The notes under the pieces: model-generated | Told to the model about the DNA's origin: nothing | The model's input: the letters and a program-made list of their open reading frames with translations, nothing else | Database searches by the model: none | Program-made: the position numbers and the translations under genes | Shown: in pieces, positions 20,326-30,431 of the stretch | How the letters are laid out: each line of letters begins with the position of its first letter | Numbering within the stretch: the first letter of the stretch is position 1 | NCBI GenBank assembly: GCA_963842525.1 | Contig: CAWJGT010000025.1 | Coordinates: forward strand, 160,001-224,000 | From: an uncultured Holophagales bacterium | GTDB lineage: Bacteria; Acidobacteriota; Thermoanaerobaculia; Multivoradales; UBA5704 | Direction: 5' to 3' | Length of the DNA stretch: 64,000 nucleotides

Positions 20326-21087
20326 ATGGCGTCAATGGCGTCAACAGATTCTCTGCTACATGAAGCTGAGCGGTGCGTACGCGACCGTCGCTACGCTGCT
20401 GCTCGCAGACTGCTTTCACCTGCCATGGATTCGTTGAGAGAGAAGGAGGATCCTGCTTCACTCTGCCATGCTCTTCTACTCGTTGGCACCTGCCAATTTG
20501 AACTTGGGGTGATTCCAGAGGCCAAGAAGCTCTTTGCGGAGGGCCTAGAAGTCGCGACGCGGAACAGATGCGATCAATGGATTCCAACCTTCCTGCATGA
20601 ACTCTCATTAGTCGCCTACAAAGAAGGAGAACTGACGGATTCTATTTCCTTTTGTGAGCGATCCATTGATATGTCCATTGACATTGCATTTGTGGAAATC
20701 GGACAAGGGATCACCGACGGATATGTCGACTATGATCTTAATCAGCTCGGCGGCGCTCTAAATCATTTGTGCGTTCTATACCAGGAGGCTGGCAATTACG
20801 AGAAGGCATTGAGTATACTAAACATGCTTCGCGCTAACTGTGAGCGCACATCTAACATTGATCTTTTGGGGGTTGTCCTTCATGAACTCGCATTGGCCTC
20901 TTTTGCTGTCGGTCGATACACTGAGGGAGCGCAATTCTTCGTCGATTCAATTCGAGAAAAGAAGAAAGTGGGAAACTTTGCCGGCATCAACAATTCCCTT
21001 AGGAGTCTTCAGACCTGCCTCCTCAAGTATCCGGACTCGCTCAAGGATTCAGAGGTACTCAACTTCTTAAAGGCCTATACCTCATGA
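20326..21087 (+). CDS. Tetratricopeptide repeat protein
   Basis: Repeated A.LHEL..V / ALNHLCVLYQEAGNYEKAL helices; lower GC than the host. Confidence 0.8.
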   Translation: MASMASTDSLLHEAERCVRDRRYAAARRLLSPAMDSLREKEDPASLCHALLLVGTCQFELGVIPEAKKLFAEGLEVATRNRCDQWIPTFLHELSLVAYKEGELTDSISFCERSIDMSIDIAFVEIGQGITDGYVDYDLNQLGGALNHLCVLYQEAGNYEKALSILNMLRANCERTSNIDLLGVVLHELALASFAVGRYTEGAQFFVDSIREKKKVGNFAGINNSLRSLQTCLLKYPDSLKDSEVLNFLKAYTS

Positions 21088-22118
21088 TTCGACCGGTCTC
21101 AGAGTCGCTCGATGAGAAAATGCGCGAGCAGGAAAACTGCCCATTTGACAGTCGAGCGGCAAGAGCGGTACTTGAAGATACTCTCTCTTACCAGTTTCAG
21201 GGGCTTGCTGACCGCCTCCTTGCTAACTTAGCCCTACGGGGCCGCGCAAGCAGTGAAGTTTGGTGGCAGCATTATTTGACGAGAGCGAAACCCTCAGAAA
21301 GCTTCCCAGCGGATTCCCCGGCTATTCTAAGATTTGCTCGGGAGTTTTCGGCCGAGATAGTTGCTGGCCGCATCCGTCCAATGAGCATTCAGGAGCTTGC
21401 CGACGTGGAAATAAGAATTTTTAACGGTTATACAAAACTATGGGATGACTGTCGAATAAATCGTCAGCTTCGACGCCTAGGATCAGGCTACAGGATTGTA
21501 TTCGTGGGCGCAAACCGTCTTCTCGTGAATCAGCTTCGCACATTTCTCGGGAGGCAAGGAAGTCTTCCAATTGATGCGCGCTTTATCTTTGGCCGCGTTG
21601 CACCCATGAGCTCGTGGCCGCTGGGCCCGATTTTTAATTTCGAGAAGGAGATTGCCGTATCTCCTTTTGTCAATGCCCAAGGGGCAGGGTTCAACTACGA
21701 AAACCGTGTCGTTGTTCGGCTGCCCATACTGATGACGCTGCTAAACGACGAGAGGACGGCTAAGTTCCAGGCGCTAAGCACCGTGACCCATGAGATGTAC
21801 CATGTCACCGGCTTTCGGGCACCCTATCCGCGCAGCTATTTGGAGGCCTATTGGGAGGAAGAGACGGCAGGAGATATTTGCCGCTTTACCGAAACTACCA
21901 GGACGTTTGAAGAGATAGCCAGGGAATTTTTCCTTAATTTTGATAGCCCTGTTCTGGCCGAAGTCAACAAACACCTTGGGTATGAGCATTTTCCCGCTCC
22001 ACCATATTCGCTGGAACAGATGATGGAGAAAATGGCAAAGAATGGCGTGATCCAGAAGATAGGCGATGGGTCGTTCAGATGTAGTTCGTTCGAGGAGGGC
22101 AAGCAGTGGCTAGTCTAG
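21084..22118 (+). CDS. Hypothetical protein with HExxH zinc-metallopeptidase motif
   Basis: LSTVTHEMYHVTG...EAYWEEETA; ATGA overlap with the TPR gene. Confidence 0.6.
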   Translation: MIRPVSESLDEKMREQENCPFDSRAARAVLEDTLSYQFQGLADRLLANLALRGRASSEVWWQHYLTRAKPSESFPADSPAILRFAREFSAEIVAGRIRPMSIQELADVEIRIFNGYTKLWDDCRINRQLRRLGSGYRIVFVGANRLLVNQLRTFLGRQGSLPIDARFIFGRVAPMSSWPLGPIFNFEKEIAVSPFVNAQGAGFNYENRVVVRLPILMTLLNDERTAKFQALSTVTHEMYHVTGFRAPYPRSYLEAYWEEETAGDICRFTETTRTFEEIAREFFLNFDSPVLAEVNKHLGYEHFPAPPYSLEQMMEKMAKNGVIQKIGDGSFRCSSFEEGKQWLV

Positions 22119-23264
22119 AGAAAATAGAAATTCCAATCACCGAATTTATCTGCGTGAATTGCCGGAGCAAAGATGAGCCTGAGGTCGCAGAACTTCCTTC
22201 CCCTTATGTGATATTAAACGTACCTCTACCTGCTGCGGGTCAGGAGCCAGTATCGGTGACCGTGGACGTTGAAAGTATTGAATGGAAGAAGTTGGACCCT
22301 GAAGGACTGTATATAGCGCAGGCAAGAGTGAGAATTGTATGTCCCTGTTGCGAATCCGCAAGATCTGTTATGCATCACATCGGCGCATCTCGGCTTGTGC
22401 TCGTATCGGCCGATGTATGCGGGAGTTGCGGAGGGGAGCTGAGCCTTCATGATGAGGAAATTACTTATGATGGCATGGCTGGGAGTGGTCCTTCGGTCGT
22501 GATTAGAGGCACTCTTGCGTGCGCGACGTGTACAGCCGAGAAGATGAGCGTTGAGGCACATGTCCCTGTGCGAGGTATTTTGGATGAAAATTCAGATGTG
22601 CAAGTAGAGATTGGTTTCCAGGGGGCTAGAGTAAGCCCTGCCAAGGTTGAATCAAGGAGGACGCGTCGACTTCTTGTCGTTGTTGCAAGCCCGCGAGATT
22701 CGGATCAGTTGCGCCTGGCGAATGAGTGTCGCATTATTGAAAAGTGCATCGAGAGGGGCAAGGAAAGAGACTTTTTGGAGACTAAGATCATTCAGGCCGC
22801 GACAATTGATGATTGGGCTAGAACGCTTCTAGAGGATGAATACAATATTATCCACTTTTCTGGCCATGGCACGGGAGCTCGGCCTCGTGCTCGAAAAGGA
22901 GAGCGGCCCGTCGTTTGAGGATGATAGCTGCTTGTCGCAGATAGTGCCGCCGCAGGCACTTGGGAACATGCTTGCGGCACATAAAGCCGTTGAATGTGTA
23001 GTTTTAAATGCATGTTTTTCATCTACCCATGTGGAAAGCTCGCTAACAGATGTAGATTACTCAATACTAATGGATGGGCCAATTTCTGATGCTGGCGCTA
23101 TGGAGTTTTCAAGAGGATTTTATGATGCTGTCGCCGCTGGCAAGAGTATTGACTTCGCCTTCGGAGAAGGGTGTCGACGAATCGATTTGAAAGGTCACCT
23201 TGATGCAGAGTTACCGCTGCTTTATGCCAAAGGTGTAAAGGTAACTTCCAAGCCACCTGCATAA
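22106..23264 (+). CDS. CxxC-rich N-terminus fused to a CHAT (caspase-like) domain; frameshift at ~22880
   Basis: CVNC, CPCC, CGSC, CATC; VASPRDSDQLRLANE; IIHFSGHG | GLVLE...VVLNACFS...ISDAGAMEFSRGFY. Confidence 0.75.
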
Positions 23265-23987
23265 TAGGTCGTAAGTTTTTGCCGTTTATCTGTCCGCTGT
23301 GCACCTGTCCCGAGTAGTCCCCGGCGACCACGGCGAGTCTCCGTTGAAGTCGAATCCCCCGGCCAGGGGGGGTGCGTCGGCGCGGAACTGGAGGGAGCGA
23401 AGAGGGGATCCAAGGTCCCAGACCTCAAGCTGCCGTCCCGCAGACCCGCGAGTGCACGAGAGCCGTCGTCCGAGAGGGCCACCAAGCGGACCGGATCGGC
23501 GGCGCGGAGCTGTCTGGGTTTCGGCTTTCGATGGGCCAGATTCCAGAGCCGCAGAGCACCGTCCATGGAACCTGTCAGCGCTAGGCTGCCATCCGGCGTC
23601 ACTGCGACTCCAAGAATTGAGCCGTCGTGCGCGGCCCAGCGGCGAAGACGCCCGGAACTGGGCTCCCAGAGCTGGGTAGCCGGGAGAAGTCGAGATCAGC
23701 GGTTCCCTTGACTGGTACTACGCACATCCCTCTTCCCTCGCCAGGCGCCACTCCCTTTCGACAGAAGCGGATTCGAGCGCGCCCGGGGTCGCTACGAGCA
23801 CCAGGTACTCGGAATGCCGAATCACTCTTTGGAGCTCCTCCCACCATCTCTCGCCTGCTTGGAGATCCGAGAGGTCCTGGCGCACTTTGAACCCCGCCTT
23901 TTTGAGGCACTTCCGAACCTTGTCCGCCAGCTTGAGATCGTCGCTCCGGGCGTAGGAGATGAAGATTCCTGAGCGGGACTGTCTCAT
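23222..23987 (-). pseudogene. TIR-(deleted middle)-WD40 remnant, translationally coupled to the GT4 gene
   Basis: IFISYARSD...WWEELQRVI...SVEREWRLAREEG..VVPVKG...LDFSRLP joined to LWEPSSGR...AHDGSILGVAVTPDGSLALTGSMDGALRLWNL. Confidence 0.7.
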
Positions 23988-25165
23988 GCCGTCCTCGCGC
24001 GCCGCGTCCACCCCGCGGACACGAGCTCTCCATGCAGCTCCTCCAGCGGCCGCAGGCAGAGCCTCCAGTCGTACTGCTCGGCCACCGTGCGGCGAGCTGT
24101 ATCGGCGATCCGCCAGCGCAGCGACTCGTCTTCGAGAAGCCGGCGGACGGCCACAGCGAAGTCCTCGGGCGGGCGAGCGATCAGGAGGTCGTTGCCATCC
24201 GCCACGTGCAGCCCCTCGGCGCCCTTGGGTGTGGCGACCACGGGCGTCCCCAGCGCCATGGCTTCCAGGATCTTGACCCGCGTGCCACCGCCGATCCGCA
24301 GAGGGATCACGCAGACGCGGCTCGTGGCCACACAGGGCCGCACGTCCTCAAGAGGACCGGTGAGGACCACTCCCGCGCCTCGCCGCGCGACCAGGCGGCG
24401 CCCGGCCCGGCCGGGCTCGCCGGTAATCCGCAATATCACCGCGGGGCGCCGGCTCCGGAGGAGCGGGAAGATCCGTTCCAGGAAGTACTCCATTGCGTCG
24501 AGGTTGGCGTGGTACGTCAGCGCGCCGGGATACACCAGGGAGTCCGGCTCGGGATCACCGAAATCGCCTCTCTGCCCCTGCACGTCCGCGCCGTTGGGGA
24601 CGACGCGGACCATCGCGCCCGCAGGGAGGATCGACTCCAGGCTTGTCTGTTCGCCGTCGGAAACCACAGTGCAGGCGTCGTGGCGGGCGGCCACACTGGC
24701 CGTGAAGCTCCCCTTGCGGCGCCACTCTCGCCGATAAAGGAGGCGGCGGAAGAGACGGGGATCGGCGCACCGCTGAAGGAAGACGCCCAGCTCGCAGTTG
24801 TCGAGGATGCGAGGGATGCCCTCGATCTCCGCGCCGTAATATCCCGCGAGGATCTCGGCGGACAGCACCAGGTCGAAGCGCTCGCGCCGAAGGGCCTCAC
24901 GAATCTGGGCCCGCATCTCCTCGCTTCTCCATCTCGCGTTCGTGCGCCCCAGCAGCCCCGGCGGCGGCAGGACGACCGGAGCGAGGACCCGTGCGTGCTC
25001 GGCCAACACGGCGAGTCTCTCGGGCGCAACGCTCCCGGAGCGGGCGAACGAAAGAAAAGTGACCTGATGCCGCTCTGCCAGGCAGCGCACCAGGTGGAAG
25101 ATGCGGAGCTTACCTCCGGTGTCGGCGGGCCAGGGGAAGCGCGAAGAGAGGACCAGGATCTTCAC
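23984..25165 (-). CDS. GT4 (GT-B) glycosyltransferase
   Basis: VKILVLSSRFPWPADTGGKLR...VVPNGAD...PLRIGGGTRVKILEAMALGTPVVAT..GAEG. Confidence 0.85.
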   Translation of the reverse strand: MKILVLSSRFPWPADTGGKLRIFHLVRCLAERHQVTFLSFARSGSVAPERLAVLAEHARVLAPVVLPPPGLLGRTNARWRSEEMRAQIREALRRERFDLVLSAEILAGYYGAEIEGIPRILDNCELGVFLQRCADPRLFRRLLYRREWRRKGSFTASVAARHDACTVVSDGEQTSLESILPAGAMVRVVPNGADVQGQRGDFGDPEPDSLVYPGALTYHANLDAMEYFLERIFPLLRSRRPAVILRITGEPGRAGRRLVARRGAGVVLTGPLEDVRPCVATSRVCVIPLRIGGGTRVKILEAMALGTPVVATPKGAEGLHVADGNDLLIARPPEDFAVAVRRLLEDESLRWRIADTARRTVAEQYDWRLCLRPLEELHGELVSAGWTRRARTA

Positions 25166-26294
25166 GGCGCTCCCGGGCTTTCGGCAGCCGGCCGCGCGAC
25201 AAGGCAGCGCGGGTCGCCCCACGCGCAGTCCGCCGGTTTCCAAAGGCCGACCGGCGATCCGCGTTCAACCCCCAGCCGGCGCGCCACGCGGTCCGTTTTG
25301 GCGGCGAGGAGAAAGAGCGTCTCGACCTGCATTCCCGCCAGCGTTTCGAAATTGGCTACGCCTTTGGCGATGATGAGCCCGCGGCGTTCCCGGAGATCGG
25401 TCAGGGCCGTCGCGAGCTGGCGGCTGAACCTGTGGGGAGGATTCCCCTGAATCCGTGAGCCTCTCCGCACCAGTTCCGGCCGCAGGCCGGGAGCCCAGCG
25501 ACACAGGGCCCGTTCCACGGCCAACACATCCACGTCGCTCTCCACCGGACACTGCTTCGGGATCAGGAGCACTCTCGTTTCGTACTGGCGCTGGAGGCAA
25601 GCCAGGAACGCCACGTCCGCCGCGATCTCACCGTGGTTGTCGGTGAACAGCGCCAGAGGGGCACCGGCGCGGAGCCTCTCTTCGAGCCGCTCCGCCAGAG
25701 GCGCGAAGGCCGCCGCAAACGAAGGCCGGCGGAGGTCACGGGTGACGCTCTCCAGGATCGGCCGGAGGCGTGTCGCGGGCCAGATTTCGAACCGGTTCGT
25801 CGCGGCTGCCAGGAGCAGCCATTCCATCATCGTGGGCTCACCTCGCCGCACCAACCAGCCCGTGAGCCACCGGCCGCAGAGCGCGTCGACCCGCTCGTGC
25901 GGGCGGTGAACCGGGCGCTCAGCGCCGGGAATCCGAGGTCGCGGAAGATCCTTTCGAAAGCTGCCCGCAGATCCTCCCGCGACCAGTCGCTCAGGTCGGT
26001 CCCGGCGAGGATCGCGGCACGGCGGAGAGCCTCGCGGGTGAGCCCGGGACAAGGCCTGTCCAGACGGGTTTCGATCTCGTGAGCGAGCGTCTTCGCGATC
26101 CAGCGCAGGCTCTCTCCCGCTTCCCCGCTGCCTGGGCGGTAAACAGGCCCGGCCGGGCGGACGAGCCGAGCGAGGCTCCCTGACTCCGGCATCTCCACCA
26201 CCACCACCCCGTCGTGCGGTTCCGCGGACCCAGCCGGCGGCAGGTGCTGCCGCAGCTCGGTGAGGATCTCGTCAGGGTGGAGAAAGCGTCTCAT
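25162..26294 (-). CDS. DUF89/ARMT1-like damage-control phosphatase; probable frameshift at ~25915
   Basis: AAATN, LFTDNHGEIAAD, PK..PVESD, IIAKGVANFETL, FLLAAK. Confidence 0.7.
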
Positions 26295-28128
26295 CCCAGG
26301 GCCTTCTGCAGGGAGCGGAAGAGCCGGGGAAGCCCTCCCGGTCTTCGCTCCCGCGCGCGAAGAGGAAGCGGAGGACGGCGGCCCGAGAGCGGGAGATGGC
26401 GTCCATTCCCGACTCCATCCGCGCGCGGAATCGCCGGCCCGCTTGGAGGGCATCCTCCAGGATCAGCCGGCGCAGGCCGGCCCGGCGTTTTTGCCAGGCG
26501 GTTCGCCAGGGAGCGAACGCGTGGGGCATGTTCCGCTCCTCGCGTTCGAGGAAGGCGAAGAGCCGGTCCATCTCTCGGTAGAACGGTTTCTGAAAGCGGC
26601 CGGAGTCCCCGAGGACCCTCTCGAGACCCGCCTCCAGCCAAGGATCACGGCGGTACCAGAGCTCCCCTGCGACGCTCTCGAAGCTGCCGAGGTAATAGAG
26701 GACCAGTGCGGGCAGCAGGTCCGGGTTCCAGTCCGCGCGGCGGCGCAGGACCGGGAAGTCCTGCCAGGGCAAACGCTCGGTCAAGGCCGTCGCCAGCTTT
26801 CGGCGGAAACTCCGGATCTCTTCGGCACCGGCCCTGGGCTCGGCCTCACCAAGACGCTCCAGCTCCTCTGCGAGGGTCCGTCTCTCCCACCGGACCACCC
26901 GTCGCGCCAAGGCCCGGCCGCTGGGGAAACGGTGGGGGCGCACCGGCCGCACCTCGTTCCATTCCACCGGGACGAACAGGTGCGGCGACAGGAAAGGTAC
27001 GTCCTCCAGCGGTTTCAGAGTGAAGAAGCTGGCCGCGGCGATGTCGAGAAAGGAGGCGTGCGCCCACATTCCAACGATGCTGCCGAAGCTCCCCCGGAAC
27101 CTGGGGCGGAAGGCCCTTCCGAGGACCTCCAGGGTGACACAGGCACTGCCACAGACGGAGACCTCGTCGACGAAAAGCGCGTTGTCGGACCCAAAGAGCG
27201 CAGTGCCCGTGCGCGTGTCTGCCAGAAGGGAGTTGAGCAGGGGGCGCGCCGTGTGCGTGAGCGACCCGCGCAAGCCTTGCACTGATCGGTTCATGCCGTC
27301 GAGCAGCAACGGCAGGGAGACGGTGCCGTCCGGCAGCGTGGCCAAGCCGATCAACTCGTCGATGGCGCCGCTGGCGCCGTGCGCGAGGCGCAGGAGGGAC
27401 TCATCGACGTGGGCGCGTAGCGCGCCCGCGGTGAGGGGAGCGTGCCGCATTGCCTCGCCGGCCCGGAAGACCACAGACTTGAGCGCATTCGGGATACGGA
27501 CCCGATCGTCCAGCCCCAGATCGGACAGCTCGAGGAGGACAACCTCCAGAGGGGCATCCAGGAGATCGGCCGGATCGAGCCCCAGTTGCCGAGCCTCAAT
27601 TGCCACGGCCCGTGCCTCGGAATCGCCGGAGCGCAACCATGCAGCGAGGCGGGCTCGCAGGGGCGCTGCGGGAGGCTCTGCCAGGCGAGCGCTGTCCTCC
27701 GGATCGGTGGTGAGGAGGGAGAGCAGGTTGACCGCGAAGCTCTCCCGCGTGAGCCCTTTGATGCGCACCGGCTCGCACCGGATGCGCCTTTCCTCCACCA
27801 CCTCCTCCAGAATGCGGCGTGCCGCCTCCAAGTAGGGAAAGGTGCCGCGCTCCAGGAAGAACACACTCTCGGCGCGGCATCGCAGGGCGGCGCGCACCAC
27901 CGGCAGGACGAGGAAGGGGATCTCCTCGGGGAGGATGAGCCGGTTCGCCAACCAGCGGTCGTTGGTGCTGTAGTCCTCGGCGAGCCCTACGTCCGGCGGA
28001 TCGGTCTCTGATACATCTTCCCACCAGCGGGCGAAGAGAAACTCGCTGCCGCCGAACGACGCGACCACCTCCGGCTGCAGCTCGCGGAACCGGTCGACGA
28101 GCGAGACCTCGCCAGCCACGACGCTCAT
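26272..28128 (-). CDS. Hypothetical protein with phosphoribosyltransferase-like motifs
   Basis: VFFLERGTFPY and LFVDEVSVCGSACVTL resemble the PRT PPi and PRPP loops; ATGA overlap with the upstream gene. Confidence 0.45.
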   Translation of the reverse strand: MSVVAGEVSLVDRFRELQPEVVASFGGSEFLFARWWEDVSETDPPDVGLAEDYSTNDRWLANRLILPEEIPFLVLPVVRAALRCRAESVFFLERGTFPYLEAARRILEEVVEERRIRCEPVRIKGLTRESFAVNLLSLLTTDPEDSARLAEPPAAPLRARLAAWLRSGDSEARAVAIEARQLGLDPADLLDAPLEVVLLELSDLGLDDRVRIPNALKSVVFRAGEAMRHAPLTAGALRAHVDESLLRLAHGASGAIDELIGLATLPDGTVSLPLLLDGMNRSVQGLRGSLTHTARPLLNSLLADTRTGTALFGSDNALFVDEVSVCGSACVTLEVLGRAFRPRFRGSFGSIVGMWAHASFLDIAAASFFTLKPLEDVPFLSPHLFVPVEWNEVRPVRPHRFPSGRALARRVVRWERRTLAEELERLGEAEPRAGAEEIRSFRRKLATALTERLPWQDFPVLRRRADWNPDLLPALVLYYLGSFESVAGELWYRRDPWLEAGLERVLGDSGRFQKPFYREMDRLFAFLEREERNMPHAFAPWRTAWQKRRAGLRRLILEDALQAGRRFRARMESGMDAISRSRAAVLRFLFARGSEDREGFPGSSAPCRRPWDETLSPP

Positions 28129-30431
28129 GGAGTGGCCTCCACCAGGAGAAAGCTGCTCGCCCCGTACTCTATGCCGCCCTTGAACAGGAGACACTCCCCC
28201 CGCTGGTTTCTCTCCAGGGCCTGGAGAGAGCCGCCGCGACGGAGCAGGACCCGCGGATCCCCGGAGCTGGCGAGGAGAAGCGCATCCCTCGCGGGCGGGC
28301 CGAAAGAGGTTGCGACTTGCCGGACCAGGCGGGCGGTACCCTCCAGAGTGAGCCCCTTGCGCGTCGAATCGGTATAGGTGTTCACCAGCAGGAGCAGGTC
28401 GGGGTCCTCGGTCGAGGCCAGCACGGAGTGTCCCAGAGTGGCGCGGCGGCACGCGATGGCGAGGGCGCCTGCCTGGAGGGAGAACTCGCCGGGCAGGAGC
28501 GGCGCCTTCCATGGCCTCTCTTCGTAGCCCCACCTCCCTAAATTGGCGCGGACCTCCGCCGGGTCTTCGTCGTCTTCCAGCCGACAGGCCACCGGATGGC
28601 CGCTGACCGCATCCTTCAGGAATGGACCGGCGCTCTCCGCCCGTGTGATCCGTCCGGGCTCGCGCCCCGCCACGTGCTGGCTGGCCTCGGCGAAGAGGCG
28701 CCGCGAAAAGGTCCGGCTCAGAGAGAAACCGTGGAGGACATGCGTCAGGTCACCATAAAAGTCCAGGACTGGCGCCCGGCCGGTATCCGGGTCGGACTCG
28801 AGGAGGTCCACCGGTTGGCCGTAGCGCAGAATACGGCATCCGCTGACCGCGAAGACGGCACCGGACAGGTCTTCGATCCTGGCCACGGCCAGCCGTGTCC
28901 CGGCGTCCTGTACGAGCACAGTCTGCGGTCCGCGCAGCTCCTCACGGAAATGGCTCCAGAGCTTGCCCTGGGTCATGGCGAAGTGGCCCATGTTCCAGAA
29001 GAGATTCCCGTTCCCGTTCAGCACGGCCACTACAGAAGCCGCCCGTGGATCCTCCTCCAGAAACGAGGCAGGGCTCCGGCGCAACACCCGGTTCATTTCG
29101 ACCATGTGGCTGGGGTCCCAAGGCGACAGGCCGCGGACGATCCCGTCCTGCCATACCAAATTCTGGCCGGCTGTGTGGACGGCAAGCCGCAAGCGGAAGT
29201 GCTTCAGAGGGATCGGCACGGCATGGACGGTGAGATCGCGCCCGTCACAGCTTGCGATGGTTGTCTCCCAGACCGTCAGCGGGTGCCCCTGGCTCACCAC
29301 GGCCCATCGGAGCGCCGCCGGACGGCTCCGGGAGCCCCGGCGCACAGGGGTACCGAGGAAAGAAGCCTGCCAGCGGATCTCCCGCTGCCGTGCTCGCGTG
29401 TTCTCGCCAAGGAGCCGGACGGTACCGAGCCGCTGCGAAGCGACCAACGGCAGATCCGAGACCCGGAGCACCGCGCCCCATTGAAGCGATGGGTGGCGCG
29501 CCAGACAGGCGGCGAGCGGCCCCAGCTCGAGATCGACGGCGGCGGCTCCGTATCGCGCCAGCCGTTCCAGCTCCGGCCGGGTCTCGGACAGGATGCACGG
29601 CGCGGAGGCCACGTCGAGCACATGGGAGCGGTGGAGACCGGTCAGCCCGCGCGGCAGGCGAGCGGCGAGGGGGAGCAGCCGATTCCCTTCGCCAATCACC
29701 CGCCCGTCACCGGCGAGGACGTGGCGGACGAACAGGGAATCGTGAAGGGCCAGGTCCGGGGACAGGCCTCCGCAGGCGCCGAACAGCAGAAGGCTGTGCA
29801 GACCGAACTGCTGGCAGAGCACTTCGATGAGAGGGACGATCTGCGACCCGTACACCGAAGTCAGGTGGACGAAGAGCGTGCTCCCCCGCGGTCCGGACGC
29901 CAGCACCGCCCGCAGCAGAGGACTGGAGCAGCGCGTGATCTCCCATCGTCCGCGGCGGCGCGAGAGCCACGCCTCCAGCAGCCGCTCACCCTGGAAGCTA
30001 AAGACAGCCTGCTCGATATGCCCATCCGGAGCCAGGGAGGCCAGGATTCTTCGGTAGTCTTCCGCGAAATCCGAGGCCTCGTCGATCAACCGCAGCCGCT
30101 CGCGCGGCACCCCGAGAAGGCGAAGCAGCAGGAGGTTCTGCAGGCGGCGGGTGGCACCGACCACGTTGCTGATCAATGCGTCCTCTGCGATGGCGAAAAA
30201 CCGCTCCTGGAGGTTGGGATGCGGGCGCTCGATCTCGCGACGCGACCAGATGTTCGGGAGCACGGAGGCCAGCTTGTGCTCGCCGAACAACCCAGCGTGG
30301 ACGTGGATGCGGCCGGGAGCGCGCCAGACACGCTCGGGCACGGCAGTGAGCGCGTAGGCCATGGGATCGACGCAGACGCCGTCGAGGTCGAGGGCGTAGG
30401 CCTGAGCGACCGGGTCAGCGACTGGCGGCAT
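28125..30431 (-). CDS. Nucleoside phosphorylase (PNP/UDP-1) domain fused to a NAGPA/phosphodiester-glycosidase-like domain
   Basis: LFGACGGLSPDL, AAAVDLE, VLRVSDLP; C-terminal VLNG, AVSGCRILRYG, GLTLEGTARLV..ARDALLL..SG. Confidence 0.6.
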   Translation of the reverse strand: MPPVADPVAQAYALDLDGVCVDPMAYALTAVPERVWRAPGRIHVHAGLFGEHKLASVLPNIWSRREIERPHPNLQERFFAIAEDALISNVVGATRRLQNLLLLRLLGVPRERLRLIDEASDFAEDYRRILASLAPDGHIEQAVFSFQGERLLEAWLSRRRGRWEITRCSSPLLRAVLASGPRGSTLFVHLTSVYGSQIVPLIEVLCQQFGLHSLLLFGACGGLSPDLALHDSLFVRHVLAGDGRVIGEGNRLLPLAARLPRGLTGLHRSHVLDVASAPCILSETRPELERLARYGAAAVDLELGPLAACLARHPSLQWGAVLRVSDLPLVASQRLGTVRLLGENTRARQREIRWQASFLGTPVRRGSRSRPAALRWAVVSQGHPLTVWETTIASCDGRDLTVHAVPIPLKHFRLRLAVHTAGQNLVWQDGIVRGLSPWDPSHMVEMNRVLRRSPASFLEEDPRAASVVAVLNGNGNLFWNMGHFAMTQGKLWSHFREELRGPQTVLVQDAGTRLAVARIEDLSGAVFAVSGCRILRYGQPVDLLESDPDTGRAPVLDFYGDLTHVLHGFSLSRTFSRRLFAEASQHVAGREPGRITRAESAGPFLKDAVSGHPVACRLEDDEDPAEVRANLGRWGYEERPWKAPLLPGEFSLQAGALAIACRRATLGHSVLASTEDPDLLLLVNTYTDSTRKGLTLEGTARLVRQVATSFGPPARDALLLASSGDPRVLLRRGGSLQALERNQRGECLLFKGGIEYGASSFLLVEATP

